This document shows, piece after piece, positions 35,685 to 50,164 of a DNA stretch of 64,000 nucleotides; the stretch's first letter is position 1; each line of letters starts with the position of its first letter. A program made the translations under genes and the position numbers. Source of the stretch: Zancudomyces culisetae HAW-14-8 (Eukaryota > Fungi > Kickxellomycota); contig JBNJNM010000009.1 of NCBI GenBank assembly GCA_052426225.1, forward strand, positions 930,001-994,000, read 5' to 3'. A model generated the notes under the pieces. That model did no database searches. It saw only the letters and a list, made by a program, of their open reading frames with translations, and was not told where the DNA came from.

Positions 35685-37173
35685 AATTGATAAAAACAAA
35701 AAGGGAAAATGGAGTTCACTTTATGATATTGGACAGGCCCAAGGCGTTAAATTCGTTGAATGCCGAAATGATAAAGGACATTTCTAAATACATGAAGGTA
35801 TCAATCCTTTTTTTTATAAAAATGGCTACTCTTATAGTTTTGTGCTGAGGTACTGATTCTTGAATTCTTTATGGAAATTAATTAAGTCAAAATCCTATTT
35901 TAGATATGGGAAGAAGAACAGACATGCTCAGCAATCATATTCAAATCAACACAATCAAGGGCATATTGTGCTGGTGGTGACGTAGTTTGTAACATATTAA
36001 CATTATCTAATATTTCGGCATGCCTATATGTAGAATTGCAATATTTTAATAAAATTACACACTGCAAATGATAGTAATGTCAACAACAATAACAAAAATG
36101 GAAATAAAAAAATAGCTGTGGCCAAAAACAGACACATTGAAGGTATGGGTGAAAACTTCTTAAGTGAAGAATATACAATGAACCACCAGCTAGCAACTAT
36201 TAAGAAACCCGTAGTAGCCATGATAGATGGTGTCACTATGGGTGGAGGAGTAGGAATAAGTGTTCATGCACCATTCAGAGTATCAACTGAACGGACACTT
36301 CTAGCCATGCCCGAAACGCAAATAGGATTTGTACCCGATATTGGTTCAACATTTGTTCTAGCACGGCTTGACGGAGAGCTTGGCCCATACCTGGGGTTGA
36401 CTGGTCAAAGACTAAAGGGAATAGACGCGTTATATTCGGGATTTGCCACACATCACGTTAGATCAGCTAATTTACAGGCTCTGGAAAACGAACTTGTCCA
36501 GCTGGGAACAGGTGACTACGATTTAATCAACAAGACTATTGAAAAGTATACAGAACCTGATTTAGATTCTGCAGGAAACCTAGCGTATTCGTATAGCCTA
36601 GCTCCCTACCTTAACTCGATCAATCGATGTTTCAAGTTTGATACTGTCGAACAAATAATTGAAGCGTTACAACAAGAAACAGAGCAGCAGGAATGGGCCT
36701 CAAAAACTCTTGAATTGCTACATATGATGTCCCCTACTTCGCTGAAACTATCACTGGAAATGATCAGAAGAGCAAAACATATGAGCATAAAACAGTGTTT
36801 AAACATGGAGACACAGATAGTTTGCAGGACTATTCAGTCACACGATTTCTTTGAAGGCGTCAGTGAACTACTCATCACCAAAACCAAAAACCCTAAATGG
36901 GATCCCCCAACCATTGAAGAGGTTTCTGCCTCTTTTATTCAATCGATTTTTGATTCTTTGGATTCCAGCTTTACTCTCAAATACTGCAACAACACTGACT
37001 ATTTCGAATCTCCCTATAAGGTGTATGAATTGCCTTCCGCCAAGGAGATTACAGACGCAATTGCATCGTACACCGACGGTATCACGGATAAGGCGAAATT
37101 GATCATGGATATATCTTCAAAGTATAACTCCAGAAATGGTGTAAGAGAGAAGGTTCTCTCTTTCATATCTTGA
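35685..37173 (+). CDS. EHD3: 3-hydroxyisobutyryl-CoA hydrolase (multi-exon; true start further upstream, not resolved)
   Basis: Exons encode LDRPKALNSLN and AYCAGGDV; main exon has DGVTMGGGVG, AMPETQIGFVPD and DFFEGV. Confidence 0.88.
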
Positions 37174-37368
37174 TTTTCTACCTTTTCTACTTTTATTCTC
37201 CTTTTTTTAGCTATTTAAACGCATTTATTCGTTTACTCTATACAATTTCAACACTATCTAGTTAATTATCTACCTCTCTTCTGGAATCCACCCCCCCCCC
37301 TGCCGCACTTTTAAGCATGAAGAAAAGGAAAACTTTACTAATTTGCGGTTGCTAAATAACACAATTAT

Positions 37369-37952
37369 TTAAAAACGTTCGTATTCATTTGGACTATCAT
37401 CGCAAGAATCACACGAACTTCCTTTGCCTGATTCTGACTCTGACTCGTCCCATTTTCTCTGCTTCTTATAAATACAACATACTATTTGAGCATCATAAAA
37501 TTGTTTTAGCGGATTTTGCGTGACTGCAATTTTTTTAAATTTATTTCCTCAGTAAAAAGAAAAAAGACAAACTAGCCCGACTTACTTTTGCTTCTCTTTT
37601 TGTTCATGTGCTCATTGTCGATTGTATCCTCAGTCCACCGAATCTTTGGAGTTTTCTTTTTTTTTCCGGTTTCTTTTTCCTTTTCTCCTGCAGAACGGGA
37701 TTTACTTTTCGAAATCTCAGCCCCCCTAAGAAAAAGTACCCCAACAGTACTTGACCCACTTTGCTCTCCAGTATCAGTTGGTACACTTTCTGTAGTAGTT
37801 AATGAACCTGATGTCACTGGTCCATTTGGTCGCATCCTCAGCCTACTTCCAACTGCAGGAGGGGCACTACCCGGTGCCTCTGATATCAGTGTCCCATGTT
37901 CATCAATTGGCGTTTCGTATCTGCTGTTATATACATTTGGATCCTCACTCAT
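37369..37952 (-). CDS. YPI1: PP1 regulator inhibitor-3/Ypi1 (2 exons)
   Basis: KIRWTEDTIDNEHMNKKRSK spliced to ICCIYKK...PNEYE. Confidence 0.9.
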
Positions 37953-40330
37953 TTGAAATATCGTTTGTATCTAGTTTATAGAACTTTTCTTTTGTCACTT
38001 TTCTTTTCCCTTTAAATCCAACCTGTTTAATTCCTGCTTACCCCCCCAAAAAATATTACCATTTAAATCAAACTTTCAAAAGCGAAAATTTAGAAAATTT
38101 AATTACTATCGCTCCAAAAGCCAAAAGCCAAAACCCAAAGCCAAAACCCAAACTGTGCATGAAGATAGTTATTGGTGATTTTTATTACCTTATGCTCATT
38201 CGCCAGTCGCCACCACCAAGGTTTGCCAAAAGATGGGGGGAAAAAATCTGAAACCAGTCCCTATCATTTCCTTTTTTCCCGTCTTTATTGATGCGATAAA
38301 GGGAAAAAAGGGGAGGTTAAAATTAAGGATGTGGGAATGGCTTTTGCGTGCATACAGGTAATCCATTACCCAAGGGTAAAAAACAGTGCATATCCAGAAT
38401 ATACCTAAATATATATCTGATATTATTGGCATGAATCAATCGTGCTCAAAGTTTCATGCCTGACCACCTCAGCTCTGACCTTTTTTTTCGCTACAAACCA
38501 TATCTTATTTTTAAAATTTAAGATTTTATCTCGCCATCTACCCTCAATGAACAAGTATTTGACATATATACCACTTTACTTGTCTGTAATGTTTTCGCAC
38601 ATCGATAACAAAACGGTCAATCAATAAATAAATTGCAATAAAATCACAGGCGTCTTGTGAAAATGTTCATATTTTTGCGGTATAATCAAAGCGACATTCA
38701 TATCTGGTAATGAAATACGCAGTATGGCTAATACTACAAAACAAACAGACAAGTAAAACAGTGTTTATTATCAAACGACCATACAAGTTAAGTTTGATCA
38801 ATAGCTCAATGTACATTTTTCATTTAACATGAGCCATATTGGAATCGATTGTTGAACTGTATCCTTTCACTAATAACCGCCAACAGGCATTAGCTCACAG
38901 TGCTATATAAAGTGGGGTTATAGTTAGTTCTACTAAGCTGAATTATTTTTAGACCATAAAAATAAAGCCCAAAGGTCCACTTGGAAAGGATTAGGTGGAG
39001 AATCTCCGCTTTGAATTGGGCTCAAAAAAAATATTGAAGTTTCGCAGACTAAAAAATGAATTAGGAGGAGGGAGAGAGGATAGTATGTGGATGCCAAAAA
39101 TGCAATTTTTTTAAAGATATACATACCAATTAGGGCTTTTAGTACTATTTTTTCGCTTATACCTTTTGCCTTTACAGTATTGGAGTCAACTAAATAAACT
39201 CAATCGCAAATGCGACCCGTTTAAAATACAAGGCATTCTCTGATTTGTAATATTTTCATAAACATTTTGTGTATTTACTGAAAGAGCATAAACAAAAATA
39301 ATACAACAGCTACAAAAACGAAATAATGGTGTATTGGAGTGTGTTGCTTTTTTTTGAATCTAAAAAAAATAAGGTACGATGTGAAATAATTTTTAATAAA
39401 CTATTGTTAGTGACTTTGACAATGGTTTTTTCGGGGAGGGGGGTGAGAATAGAAGCATATACCAATGCGTTTGTGGGACAGTGACAGTGCAAAATGTGTT
39501 TTATATTGTATTTCATAGATTGCCCTTGCTTGATTAGAGATTATATAGTATGTTCGTTTGCCATTGGCCGATGCATGTCGGCTATCTACTTGATAAATTC
39601 TGCAATTTTTATAACAGGAAGCCTAGGTGAAAAACAACACCACTTCGCATTTTTGGCTTTTAGGGATAATTGTTATTTTCTGGGCCAGTTTTTCCAATTT
39701 ATGTAAAGCACTCAATAAACAAGGTGATTTTTAGAGCGATAATGTTATACCAAATGATAATCCCAAAAAGTAAAAATAAACCAAATATTGCTAGAAAAGG
39801 AAAGCTGCTTTGCCGTTAAAAATAAAGCCAATCAATGAATAAAAGTAACAGAAATATATAAACACAAAAATACAGAAATAAAGTAATTTAGCAAAATTCA
39901 TTTTAAAAGCTAAAATATTGATTCAGTGTATGTAATTAATGTTGCTTTAAGTACAGAAATATATCTCTGAGAAGTCAAACAATTTTCGAAGAGCCGAAAA
40001 ATCACACAAGCTTGGAATCCCGCATGCGAAATATAATATAGCCGTAGGGTACGATTTTTAGATTTGGAGCATTACTAAAATGTTTAGTAAAGTACTTTAG
40101 TCAGATTGTTAATAAACTCAAAGCGCGATAATCATGATAGTGATATTAATTTTTTAAAAACGGTGATGAGTAAATAGGACAAAGGTATACCGAAACTTTG
40201 GCAAGATACAAAAGGCAAACAAGCACTGACACGGGATAAATCTCGGGTAAAGTGTCATTATTGTAGAATAAACATTGAAAGGGTGAGAGAGATCTATACG
40301 AGCAAGAATAATACGGAAATATAATATATA

Positions 40331-42580
40331 ATGGAAGAAAGAAAATCAAGTCTAAATTGGCTATACGAGGGAATAAAAACCAAGCTGACTCTAGGTAAGG
40401 AAAATAATGGTGAAATAAAATATTTGCAAAAGCCAGAGCAAAGTGCGAATGATACTGATCACAGATATAATGGAAATAACGACATAGACACAAACGAATA
40501 CAAAGATTCAGTACTTGATGTGGAAAAGAAGAAAAATGGGATTGCTGAGAATAGAAACAGGGATGTAGAAGTAACTTCAGGCGACGATATTGAGACTGTA
40601 ACTCAATTGCAGGGTAAGTAGTGAAAGATGAAAGGTATATGTATAGGTTTAAAGTTAAATCCAAGTTATTAGTGGGCGCTATATTAAGAAAATGTAACGT
40701 TTTGATAAATAGGTGGGAATCTCTCGAAAGATGAACAGGAAATGAGAAAAAATGCGAATATAGAAACAAAAGAGATGAATAACGGCAAGGTTGGAAGAAA
40801 AAATGGTGCTATAAAAAGGAGGAAAGCCAAAATCACGAACAAACTAGAAGTTACATATTCTTCGGATAGTAAAAAGAAGAGGATAAACCAGTATGAGATA
40901 GGAAAAGTACTGGGCAATGGGGTTCATGGAATAGTCAGAATGGTTACGGACATTTATACCGGAAAGAAATATGCCGTTAAAATATTTGAAAAACGGCCAG
41001 GGATTGGGGCCATCCGAATGATGCGGTATACAAATAGAAAATACTCTGACTTTTCAAAGGAATATGATGTGGAAGCACTACAGAGGATTCAAAGGGAGAT
41101 TGCAATCATGCAGCGGTGTAGACACTCAAACATAATAGAGCTAAAAGAGGTGATTGATGATTATAGGGCCAAAAGAGTATTCTTAGTTTTAGAATATGCG
41201 GAAAAGGGGGCTGTAAAATGGCAAACAAGGGATAAAAAGCCAAAGCTGTCGATTAAGGAGGCTCGAAAAATATTCAGAGGACTGGTTCTGGGTGTTGAGT
41301 GTTTACATAATAGTGGTGTGATCCACAGGGATATCAAACCTACAAATTTACTGATGTCCAAGAACGGCGAAGTGAAGCTCAGTGATTTTGGTGTTAGCTA
41401 TATAGGTCCACATAAAACAACAGCTGAGTCAGGTGGTGAAGACGATGCCGAAATTGATGAGCAGGAGGAGATGGAAACCGATGTGGATGAGAAGCAAGAT
41501 GGATACTTGCAAAAGGTACTCTCTTTCAACTGGGGAAAGCTAAAGCGTGGCAGTATAGTTGATATGCAAGCAAAACTACGCGGAGTAAAAGAAAGGGCGG
41601 AAACATTTAATGGAGTTGATGGTAAACCGGTTATTTGGGAGAGCAGTGAGGAATTTGATTTATCAGATACCGACGAATTCATGTCATCAGATTCAAGCTC
41701 AGAGTCGGATGGTGAGTTGGTAATAGGACGAAAGCCAAAGTTTTCTCTCAACGAGTCCTTTTCTTTTGGCTCAGAAGAGCAAAACTCTGCTTTGCGTAGA
41801 CACACCGTACCTGAAAATGTCACTCCCGCTCAAGATAAGCCACCTGTAGACACTGAGAACGGCACACTCCCTGTAATATTTTCATCTGCCCCTTATGTTG
41901 ACGACATTGAAGAACTAGAAAAAACTGCTGGAACACCTGCATTCTTTGCTCCAGAATTATGTTGTGGCGAGGATGAATACTCGCATTATCTAACTAAGTA
42001 CCGATGCTGTCAAGCAAAAGGCTCTGCTACTTATCTGTTTGAAGAAAGCTCTACAACCGCTGATTCTCATAGCGATATGGATTTGAAAACCGTAGAAAAT
42101 ACCCCAGAAGCATCTCAGACCGATGATCAGCACCACCTAAGAGATTCAACTCGCTCTGCTCCTCGGAGCACTTCTCGCAGTCACCACGAAGACGCGCATA
42201 TCACAAACGCAATCGATATATGGTCTATGGGTGTTACCCTGTACTCTCTTGCCTTTGGGAAATTGCCATTTCTGGGAACTAACGAATATGATCTGTTCAA
42301 TATTATTCCCCGAAAACGCGTTCGTTTTCCTAACATTCCTAAAAATCGTTCCAACAACAATCTGTTGAATCTAATCTCTCGCATGTTAGATAAAGATTTC
42401 CACACTAGAATTACAATCCAGCAGATTAAAGCACATCCTTGGGTTACTGAAGATTTGTCTCCCCAACAACTTAGTGCTTGGCTGACTCCAAACACAGCCA
42501 CTTCGGCCTCAGTACTTCCGTCTTCCTCTGGTGGATTTACTACCAGATTTAAATCATTTATTGGCTTTTCCATTTTTTAG
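40331..42580 (+). CDS. CAMKK-family Ser/Thr kinase (Ssp1/Sak1-like), probably 2 exons
   Basis: GNGVHG, AVK, REIAIM, HRDIKPTN, DFG, TAGTPAFFAPE and DIWSMG with long activation-segment inserts. GTAAGT donor at ~40614. Confidence 0.88.
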
Positions 42581-42747
42581 AAATACATACGACTTAGTTA
42601 GTGCTCTCAGTACAAAAGGGCTGTTTAATATTTTATTTCTCATTAAGGATCAGGCAATCTAAATAGAATGTAATAAATAAAATGTCAACAACACTAGTAC
42701 TAATATAATTTCTTCTAATCTCACAAAATTTAAATTCTATCTGACTT

Positions 42748-44034
42748 CTAAGCGACATTTGGTGGTAGTGACCAGCCTACTTGACTATCCCCCACGGCGA
42801 AATCTTCGCTACTGTTACCATTGCCATTTCCAGCGCCACTACCACCGATAATACTGCTACCAACAATATTTGAGGATCTAATTCCACCGCTTTTAAGGGC
42901 AATATTGCTCTCTGCAATTAGTGTGTTAATGTTCATGCTAGACACAAACATTGGATTCTCGCTCAATGTAGGTTTGTGGTGACCGGTTTTATCCTTTATT
43001 CGTTGTGATTTTGCTCCTCCACTGCTCATGAAGCCGAAGAATCTCGACCTACTCTCACTCTCTGACGAAGAGCTATTGTTTTTGACGTTTCCATTATTCG
43101 AAGGAATATTTAAAATAAACGGATGCTCTCTCTTTCCCGCAATCACAGATGTAACAAAGTTTTCTATCATATGGCATAACATGCGTTAGAATTCTTTTCA
43201 TTATTTCATTTTTACGGTACGCCAAAGCCAGATAAATGAACGTGGTTTGCTTGTATACTAACGCGTGGTATGGTTAAAGTCACTTACCTCCCGAAGTATC
43301 CTTATCTGTCTCTGGGGTAATGGGTTTAAACATTTGTGGTGTTGTTGGCATATTCTCTGCGACAGCAACAGCAGGACCACCATTCTCAACTGGTAGCGAT
43401 TGTCTGGCATTTTTGTAGTAACCCAACCCACCAGTATCACTCTCTGAATTTGGCGGTGTAGGCTCACCTATTACATGTGTAAACGTATTTATATTATTTG
43501 GATGCTTTGGTGCTCTAGTGTCATAGGGTTCCAACATCTATTTCATATAGGCACTTACCTAGATCTAAATTTTTCTTGTTTAGTATGTTTGGGTTGAATC
43601 CCTTGCTGTAAATAAGTTTCTGAGGTTCAATTCCGGTATATTCCGCATCTCTACATGTTCTTCTATTGAATGAGGAATTCTTGTTCACTTCCATAATTTT
43701 GTCTCTAAGTTGGCCTTTTTTAGCCTCCTAGTGTGGATATAATTTTAGTTACTATTACTACTGCTACTAATGAGTGAGATATTCCATTCTTATCAACTAC
43801 TGTACTTATTTCCATGTATCCATGTATGTGTTCCATCAATAGAAATAAAAGTAGAGAAATTAGCATACTACAAACATTTGTGCTTACCTTATTAACTAGC
43901 GCTTTTTTCTTCTTTCGAACAATATGTATTACAACCGCTATGATAGCAACTAGAATTACGGCTGCCAATACTCCACCGATGATAAACATTGTCTTTCTAT
44001 TCATTTTTTTATCTCTGAATTTCCACTTTTTCAT
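42748..44034 (-). CDS. Hypothetical single-pass membrane protein (spliced; structure uncertain)
   Basis: N-terminal TM helix followed by a basic stop-transfer RKKKK and a GTAAGC donor, then further low-complexity ORF pieces. Confidence 0.4.
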
Positions 44035-47000
44035 TGTTTTTCGCTTTATTTTTTATTAAGTGATGTATCTTATTACTAAACTGGTGTTTGTTTAGGTTTT
44101 AAGCTTTAATTTAAGACTTTTATTATAAAAGAAATTTAGGACATTAAGAACTATACTTTTTTTTTAATAAAACATATCATCTGGTGAAAAACTCCTACTA
44201 GAAAAAGAAATCCTAAACCAAGTATTAATAACCCACCAAAACTCTGTACTTGTCAAAACTATATTAGCATACAACCTAGATACCGTAGCATTATCACTAC
44301 AATCTCTGTTTTTTGCTCTTCTATCCCCTATTATTGCTGCTTTTTTATTGCTCCTCATTTTATGGCTGGAGGAGCTATTAATATTTTCTGATGATCTAAA
44401 AATTAAACTACTCTAATGTATTGGTTCTTATTTCCAGCAGAGCTCTAAGCTTCTCTAAACCTAGTTTTTTGTGTGACAGTAGTAGTGTACCTAGTTTATT
44501 TTTTCCGATTAGCTTTTAATACTAACATTACACATTAATATGTCATTTTGAAATTCTAGTAACAAAGATTCATCCAGTCCATTGCCCATTTCTGGTTAAT
44601 ACTTTGCTTGCGAAGGGGAATATCTAGTAACCCCCACCTCTTTTTTTTTGTTCGTTTAAAAAAGTCAGGATTCTACTAAAACAGAAACAGACTCAAATAT
44701 CCACTTAATATCCTATCTACGCTGAAAACTACAGGCTATTAGATTCATTGAGTTGTGCATCTCGGTCCTGAATTATTAAATTGCGATTTTCAAAATTCTA
44801 GCCCCCCTCCCCTCATTTAAACAAACTATCCACCCAGCTTATATTTGTTTTTTATTTAATAAATACACGAAGCTCTAGAACGGTCTTTATTTATTCTCAC
44901 TTATAGTTGACCTTATTGGAGCTTACTAGGCGTAAATGGTGAGCGTAGCTATGCGCATTTTTTCCCCAAAGATTTCAGCTATTGGAAAGCAAAACCCTGT
45001 GATTTTGAAAAAGGCTAGCAGACTGAGCTCAACTTCAACAACCACCTACGCCTATTATTTTTGACCTTGAATAACACCGCAATAAGAAACAAGTCTTACA
45101 CACACCCTGACTTTACTGTTGGCACTATTCCTTACGCCATTGTCTTTATATATTTTTTTTGTACAAAACAAGATTGACAAAATGTTTGTCTCTTGTTTGT
45201 TGGTATAAGCGCACACTATAATTATGATAGAGTTTACATTATATAGGCATATTATTCTTTTCTAACATGCGTAAAGGACTACATTTAATGTGTAGATAGA
45301 TGTAAACATGAACTGAAAAGTCAAGCATCGCTAACCCCCCCCCCCCCTATTACCATGCGGAAACCCCAGATATGTATATATACATGTGTGGGCGTTGTAT
45401 CTACTCACACATCAGCAGTCAACATGAAAATTAAACTGACAGCTACTTTTCAAGATCTAATTGAGTATAGTGATAGTAGGGCTTTTATTGTAAAAGGTGT
45501 TTTGCCTACGCTTTGCTTCCCACTCGTAACTTGAGAGGTATGATGCAAACACCCGTGAAAAGGTCGTGAGTTTAATGTGACCCTCCAAACACTAAGAATA
45601 TGGATATATGTAAATATATAAACTAGAAATTAGCTATTAAAAATTATTGAACATATACCCAACTTTTTTACAAGCGTTACTTTTGGTAAAGATACACGTA
45701 CCATAAAACAAAAAGCAGCCCAAAGCAATTGGGGAAGGTACCAGACTTGACTTTATATGGTGGATGCATAAATATAACTTTAGAAATCTTTGGCGCAAAG
45801 ATTCAATACGCGTGATCTACCCCCCCCCCCTTTTTTCCTCCCCACTGCCAACCTTCATATATCATACTAACTTGCTTATATTATTTTGCCTGTCTTTTGG
45901 TATATTGCATGTGTTCTTGTTTAGAATCGAGAGCGTGTGTTTTTTTATTGCAGTTTTTTTGTGTGCAAATATTGGTCAAGAGGATCGTACTAGAAAAACT
46001 CTAGCAATAGCAAGCAATGTCAACTGTAATAATAAACAAAAAGGAACCCAACTCATATCAGCTAGAAGAGAAAGTCAGCCTTTGCAACTGGTGCTTAAGC
46101 TCATCAAATCACTTTCCAATGTTCATCATATTACGAGCCACCTCTTGTCAATTTGTTAAAAATGGCCTTTTTATAGGTTGGCGAATGCAATTAAGATCTA
46201 GAACAGAATTAATGTTTCCAGTTGCAAAATCTACCCAGTTACTAGCTAGAGTCGAAGGAAAAAAAACCTACAAGAAAAGCGGGCTAGTAGCTCTCGAAGC
46301 AATGAGCGAGGTACTTAGTCACGTATGGAATTGCAATTCAAAGTCTTTAATAAGCTCAGCAAATATTTGTTTGCGAATTGATGCACATTTTCTTAAAGGG
46401 TTTATGCAAAGCGGTCACTTGTGTGTTCGCCAGGTCTATACTGCTCCTTAAGCTTGAAGAAAATATCTACCCAGAGCAAATGAGAGTGTAAGTTTAAAAA
46501 AAAAGAAATAAACAATAAAGAGCGAAAAAGGATATTACTGGAGGAGAGCGTATGTATTAAAAAAGAAAAGAAAAACTGGCATTCGGAATACTTACTGCAC
46601 CTCTTCTTGAAAACGTATCAGGTGCGGCAAGAGAGTCTGTATTTGATCTCGAATGTACATTTTAACCTTTTGTTGGCTCTCAAATAAAGGCTGCAAACAA
46701 ATTGTATTGGGCTAAAAGTCTGCTTGCAAAATACTGCACTAAAGAAATGTAGAACCGCAATAAGTATGAACAAAAGGCCGATAGCACAATATTTTGTAAA
46801 GCTAAAATAAAAACAAGTTTAATAGAGAATTTCATGTATATATGTCTTGAATAACAAACATTAAGCATTTTTTTAAAGGTATATTTACACAAAATATTAT
46901 ATGTCGTTTTCAATTTCTAATCACGTAGATAAATATCCCTTGCTCTTGTATTTTTTTCCCAACGCCACTAGCTGCTGTCTTTGACCCATTTCATTATAAA

Positions 47001-47694
47001 CAACAATACGAATATTTGCGTCCTTGATAACGTGATACCTACAAATGCGTGAAGAAAGTTTTAAAGTCGGTATTACAAGAAAATACAATAAAATCAGTTC
47101 TATACAACTCGGTGAAAATAGCCCATGCACAGAGAGAAGTCAGGTACTTGTTTGCTACAACAAAACTGGTGAGTTGTTTTCTTTTTGATTTAGTTTTGTA
47201 TTTTTAAAAAAAGATAAACGACTTGATATCTAAAAACACATGGCCATTATTGAGGATATCAGGCCTTTATCACTTGTACGTATGTAAAAACGTACACATC
47301 AGCATATTTATATATATTGATGGGTGTTTTATGAATACAAAATGTATCGTATCCAAGTATTTACCATTACTTGTAGATTTATTTTTATTTCCATTTTAAA
47401 TGTAACCATTAACATAAAATAACATAAATCTGAATATAACAGACGATCGAAGGTCATACCATAGATGCTTAAGTAGCACAAACACTAAAGAAAGATATAT
47501 AGTCGATATGAGCTCTAACTCGCACGATACAGTGTCGTTCGGAGGAAGGTAAACGCGCTCATTCTTTTTTTATAGCTTTTATTTAATGGGCGGCCCAAAG
47601 ATGTACAGAGCTTAGTACTGAAATGTTTGGTCTTTAGAAATTAAAGAGGATGTGTGTAGCTCCACAGAAACGCAACTTAGTATAGTATACAAAA

Positions 47695-49775
47695 ATGTTT
47701 TTTAGTAGATCGAAGAAAAAATCCACTTTGGACTTCATCAAGTCTGTGAATAGACGAGATTCATTAACAGATATAAGGCCGGAGGACTGCCCTAGTCTTA
47801 CACAAAAAACGCTTGCTGTATATACTCTCCAAAATGAAAGGCCTAGTTTAGGTGAGTGATAAATTGTTGTCATGTATTATTATCCCTTTATAGATCAGCA
47901 TTCGTTGTATTACCACTTTTTTCTCTATTGTTTCAAAAGGAGTATATTGAAAGTTGAATTCTGGTTAATGGTACTAACTACCAACACATTAAAAACGTTC
48001 GTAACACTGGAATTAACAAAGTCGGGATTTAAAATTCTAACTTTGATCCTTTGATAAATAGATTTTACTGAGATACTACCATACCCTGTGGCAATGCGGA
48101 TAGTAGAGTACATTGGCTTTCCAGGGGTTTTAGAGACTATGAAAGTATGCAAAAAATGGAACGCCTTTGTGAATAGCGATGTGGTATGGAAAAAACTGTT
48201 TTTCCATAAAAAAAAGTGGAAAACACAAAAACTTTCACTTGCACTGGAGAGATTGAATGTAGAAAACAACAGAAGAGCAGACGAATATATAGAAGAATTG
48301 GTAAAACGGGGAAGTCATGAACTTGGAAGTGAGCAAAACTTAAATGTGACCGCAGAAAAACGGGTAAAAGGTCATAACACTATTGGTAATAGTAATGGGA
48401 TTTTGAAGCGTAACCATCTAAATGTTATTAGTATAATCAATGATCTAAGCAATTTCAAAAAACAGATTCACGTAAAAACAAGATTGAATGGGCAAAGTGC
48501 TGCTAGTATGAGTAGTAATCGACATGAAGAGATATTGGGGTGTTACGGGGATAAAAATATATTGAAAAAAGAACTTAGCTTTACCAGTGAAATAAAAAAC
48601 TACAAGAGGGTACTTAATAGAATAAGCTTGGGTAGATCCATGGGGTACAAAAGCAGTAAACATAAATGCACTAAACATGACGATGGTAAAATAGAATGGC
48701 GCCAAATGTATAAAAACTATCATTGTCTGGAAAGCAGGTGGTTGAAAGGAATAGATAAAGTATATACATATATAGGACATGAGGATAGTATATACTGTCT
48801 ACAATTTGATAAAAACCGGATAGTGACTGGTTCACGAGATCGAACAATCAAAGAATGGAATATAGAAACCTACGAGTGTGTACGGACGCTCATTGGACAT
48901 ACTGGTTCTGTGCTTTGTCTGAAATATGACCCTGAAATTCTAGTCACTGGATCAAGTGATTGTACGGCAGTGGTGTGGGATTGGGAGTCGGGAAAGATGA
49001 TACACGTATTGTCAGGCCATTTTTCGGGTGTGTTGGATGTAGTATTTGACCAAAACAAGATAATTTCATGTTCAAAGGATTGCACCATAAAGATATGGGA
49101 TAGAAAAACCGGAGAAAATTTAAAAACTATATATGGCCATGAAGGCCCAGTTAACTCTCTGAGTCTCAAGAACAACATACTTATATCGGCGTCTGGTGAC
49201 TCTACAATTAAAATGTGGTGTGTAGAAACAGGTGATTTCATCAAAGAGTTTGTTGGGCATACAAAAGGTTTGGCTTGTGTTCAGTTTGATGGTAAAACTA
49301 TAGTTTCCGGGTCCAATGATCACACTATCAAGGTGTGGGATGCCGAAAAAGGAATATGTAAGCACACTTTGAAGGGTCACACAGATCTTGTTAGAACTTT
49401 GTACTTTGCAGGCGGAAACAGGGCTATTTCAGGGTCATATGATCAAACGGTTAAAGTTTGGGATGTGGAAAAGGGCGTACTCTTGTTGGATTTCGAGAAT
49501 GTTCATACTAGCTGGGTATTTGGAGTACAGTTTAGCATGACAAAAATTGTTAGGTAAGTAGTAACGTTCAATTTGTACTTGTATTATATTTTTTTGAAGG
49601 GAAGGATGAGAGGGGGCGGATAGTATGTGTAGAGATAAGGTCAAAGGAAAATAATTTTAGATTATTAAAATCTTTTATAAACATATATATGGTATTTGTA
49701 AATAGTGTCTCTCAAGACCAGAAGGTTAATGTTTGGAACTTTGACGAAGGACTAGACCTGAAATATCTGGAATAG
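47695..49775 (+). CDS. F-box/WD40 protein (beta-TrCP/FWD1-like), 3 exons
   Basis: F-box DFTEILPYPVAMRI..VCKKW. Repeated GH..WD units (GHEDSIYCLQFD, GHTGSVLCL). Final exon SQDQKVNVWNF. Confidence 0.9.
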
Positions 49776-50164
49776 AAATGAGAATGTCTTCCCCTTAGCA
49801 TAGATAATTCACCTTTATAATACCCATTTTAGTTTTTGTTTTTATTACAACTATTGTTATTGCTACTACTGTTATGAAAACAGAGGTACAAAATAGAGTT
49901 AGTATAGTATGTCATGATAATAATAACCTTTTTTTTTCTATATCTGCACTTCTGGTACTTATAGTTGGAAAGAAAGGGAGAAGAATACAGCTATAAATTA
50001 TGGATTCTAACTAAACTGTACACCAAAATTTGATAAACTAATATAAGCTCAAATATTGTATTTGCATGAACTGGTATAAAGAGAAAAAAAACAACTTCTA
50101 AATCTAAATAATCCAAACTGAAAAAAAAAACACCCGAGATGTCGCGGCATATAAATGAAAACTT

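Noticed and set aside
35798-35815. Possible U12-type donor (GTATCAATCCTT) in the HIBCH gene
   Set aside because: Does not match the GTATCCTT consensus
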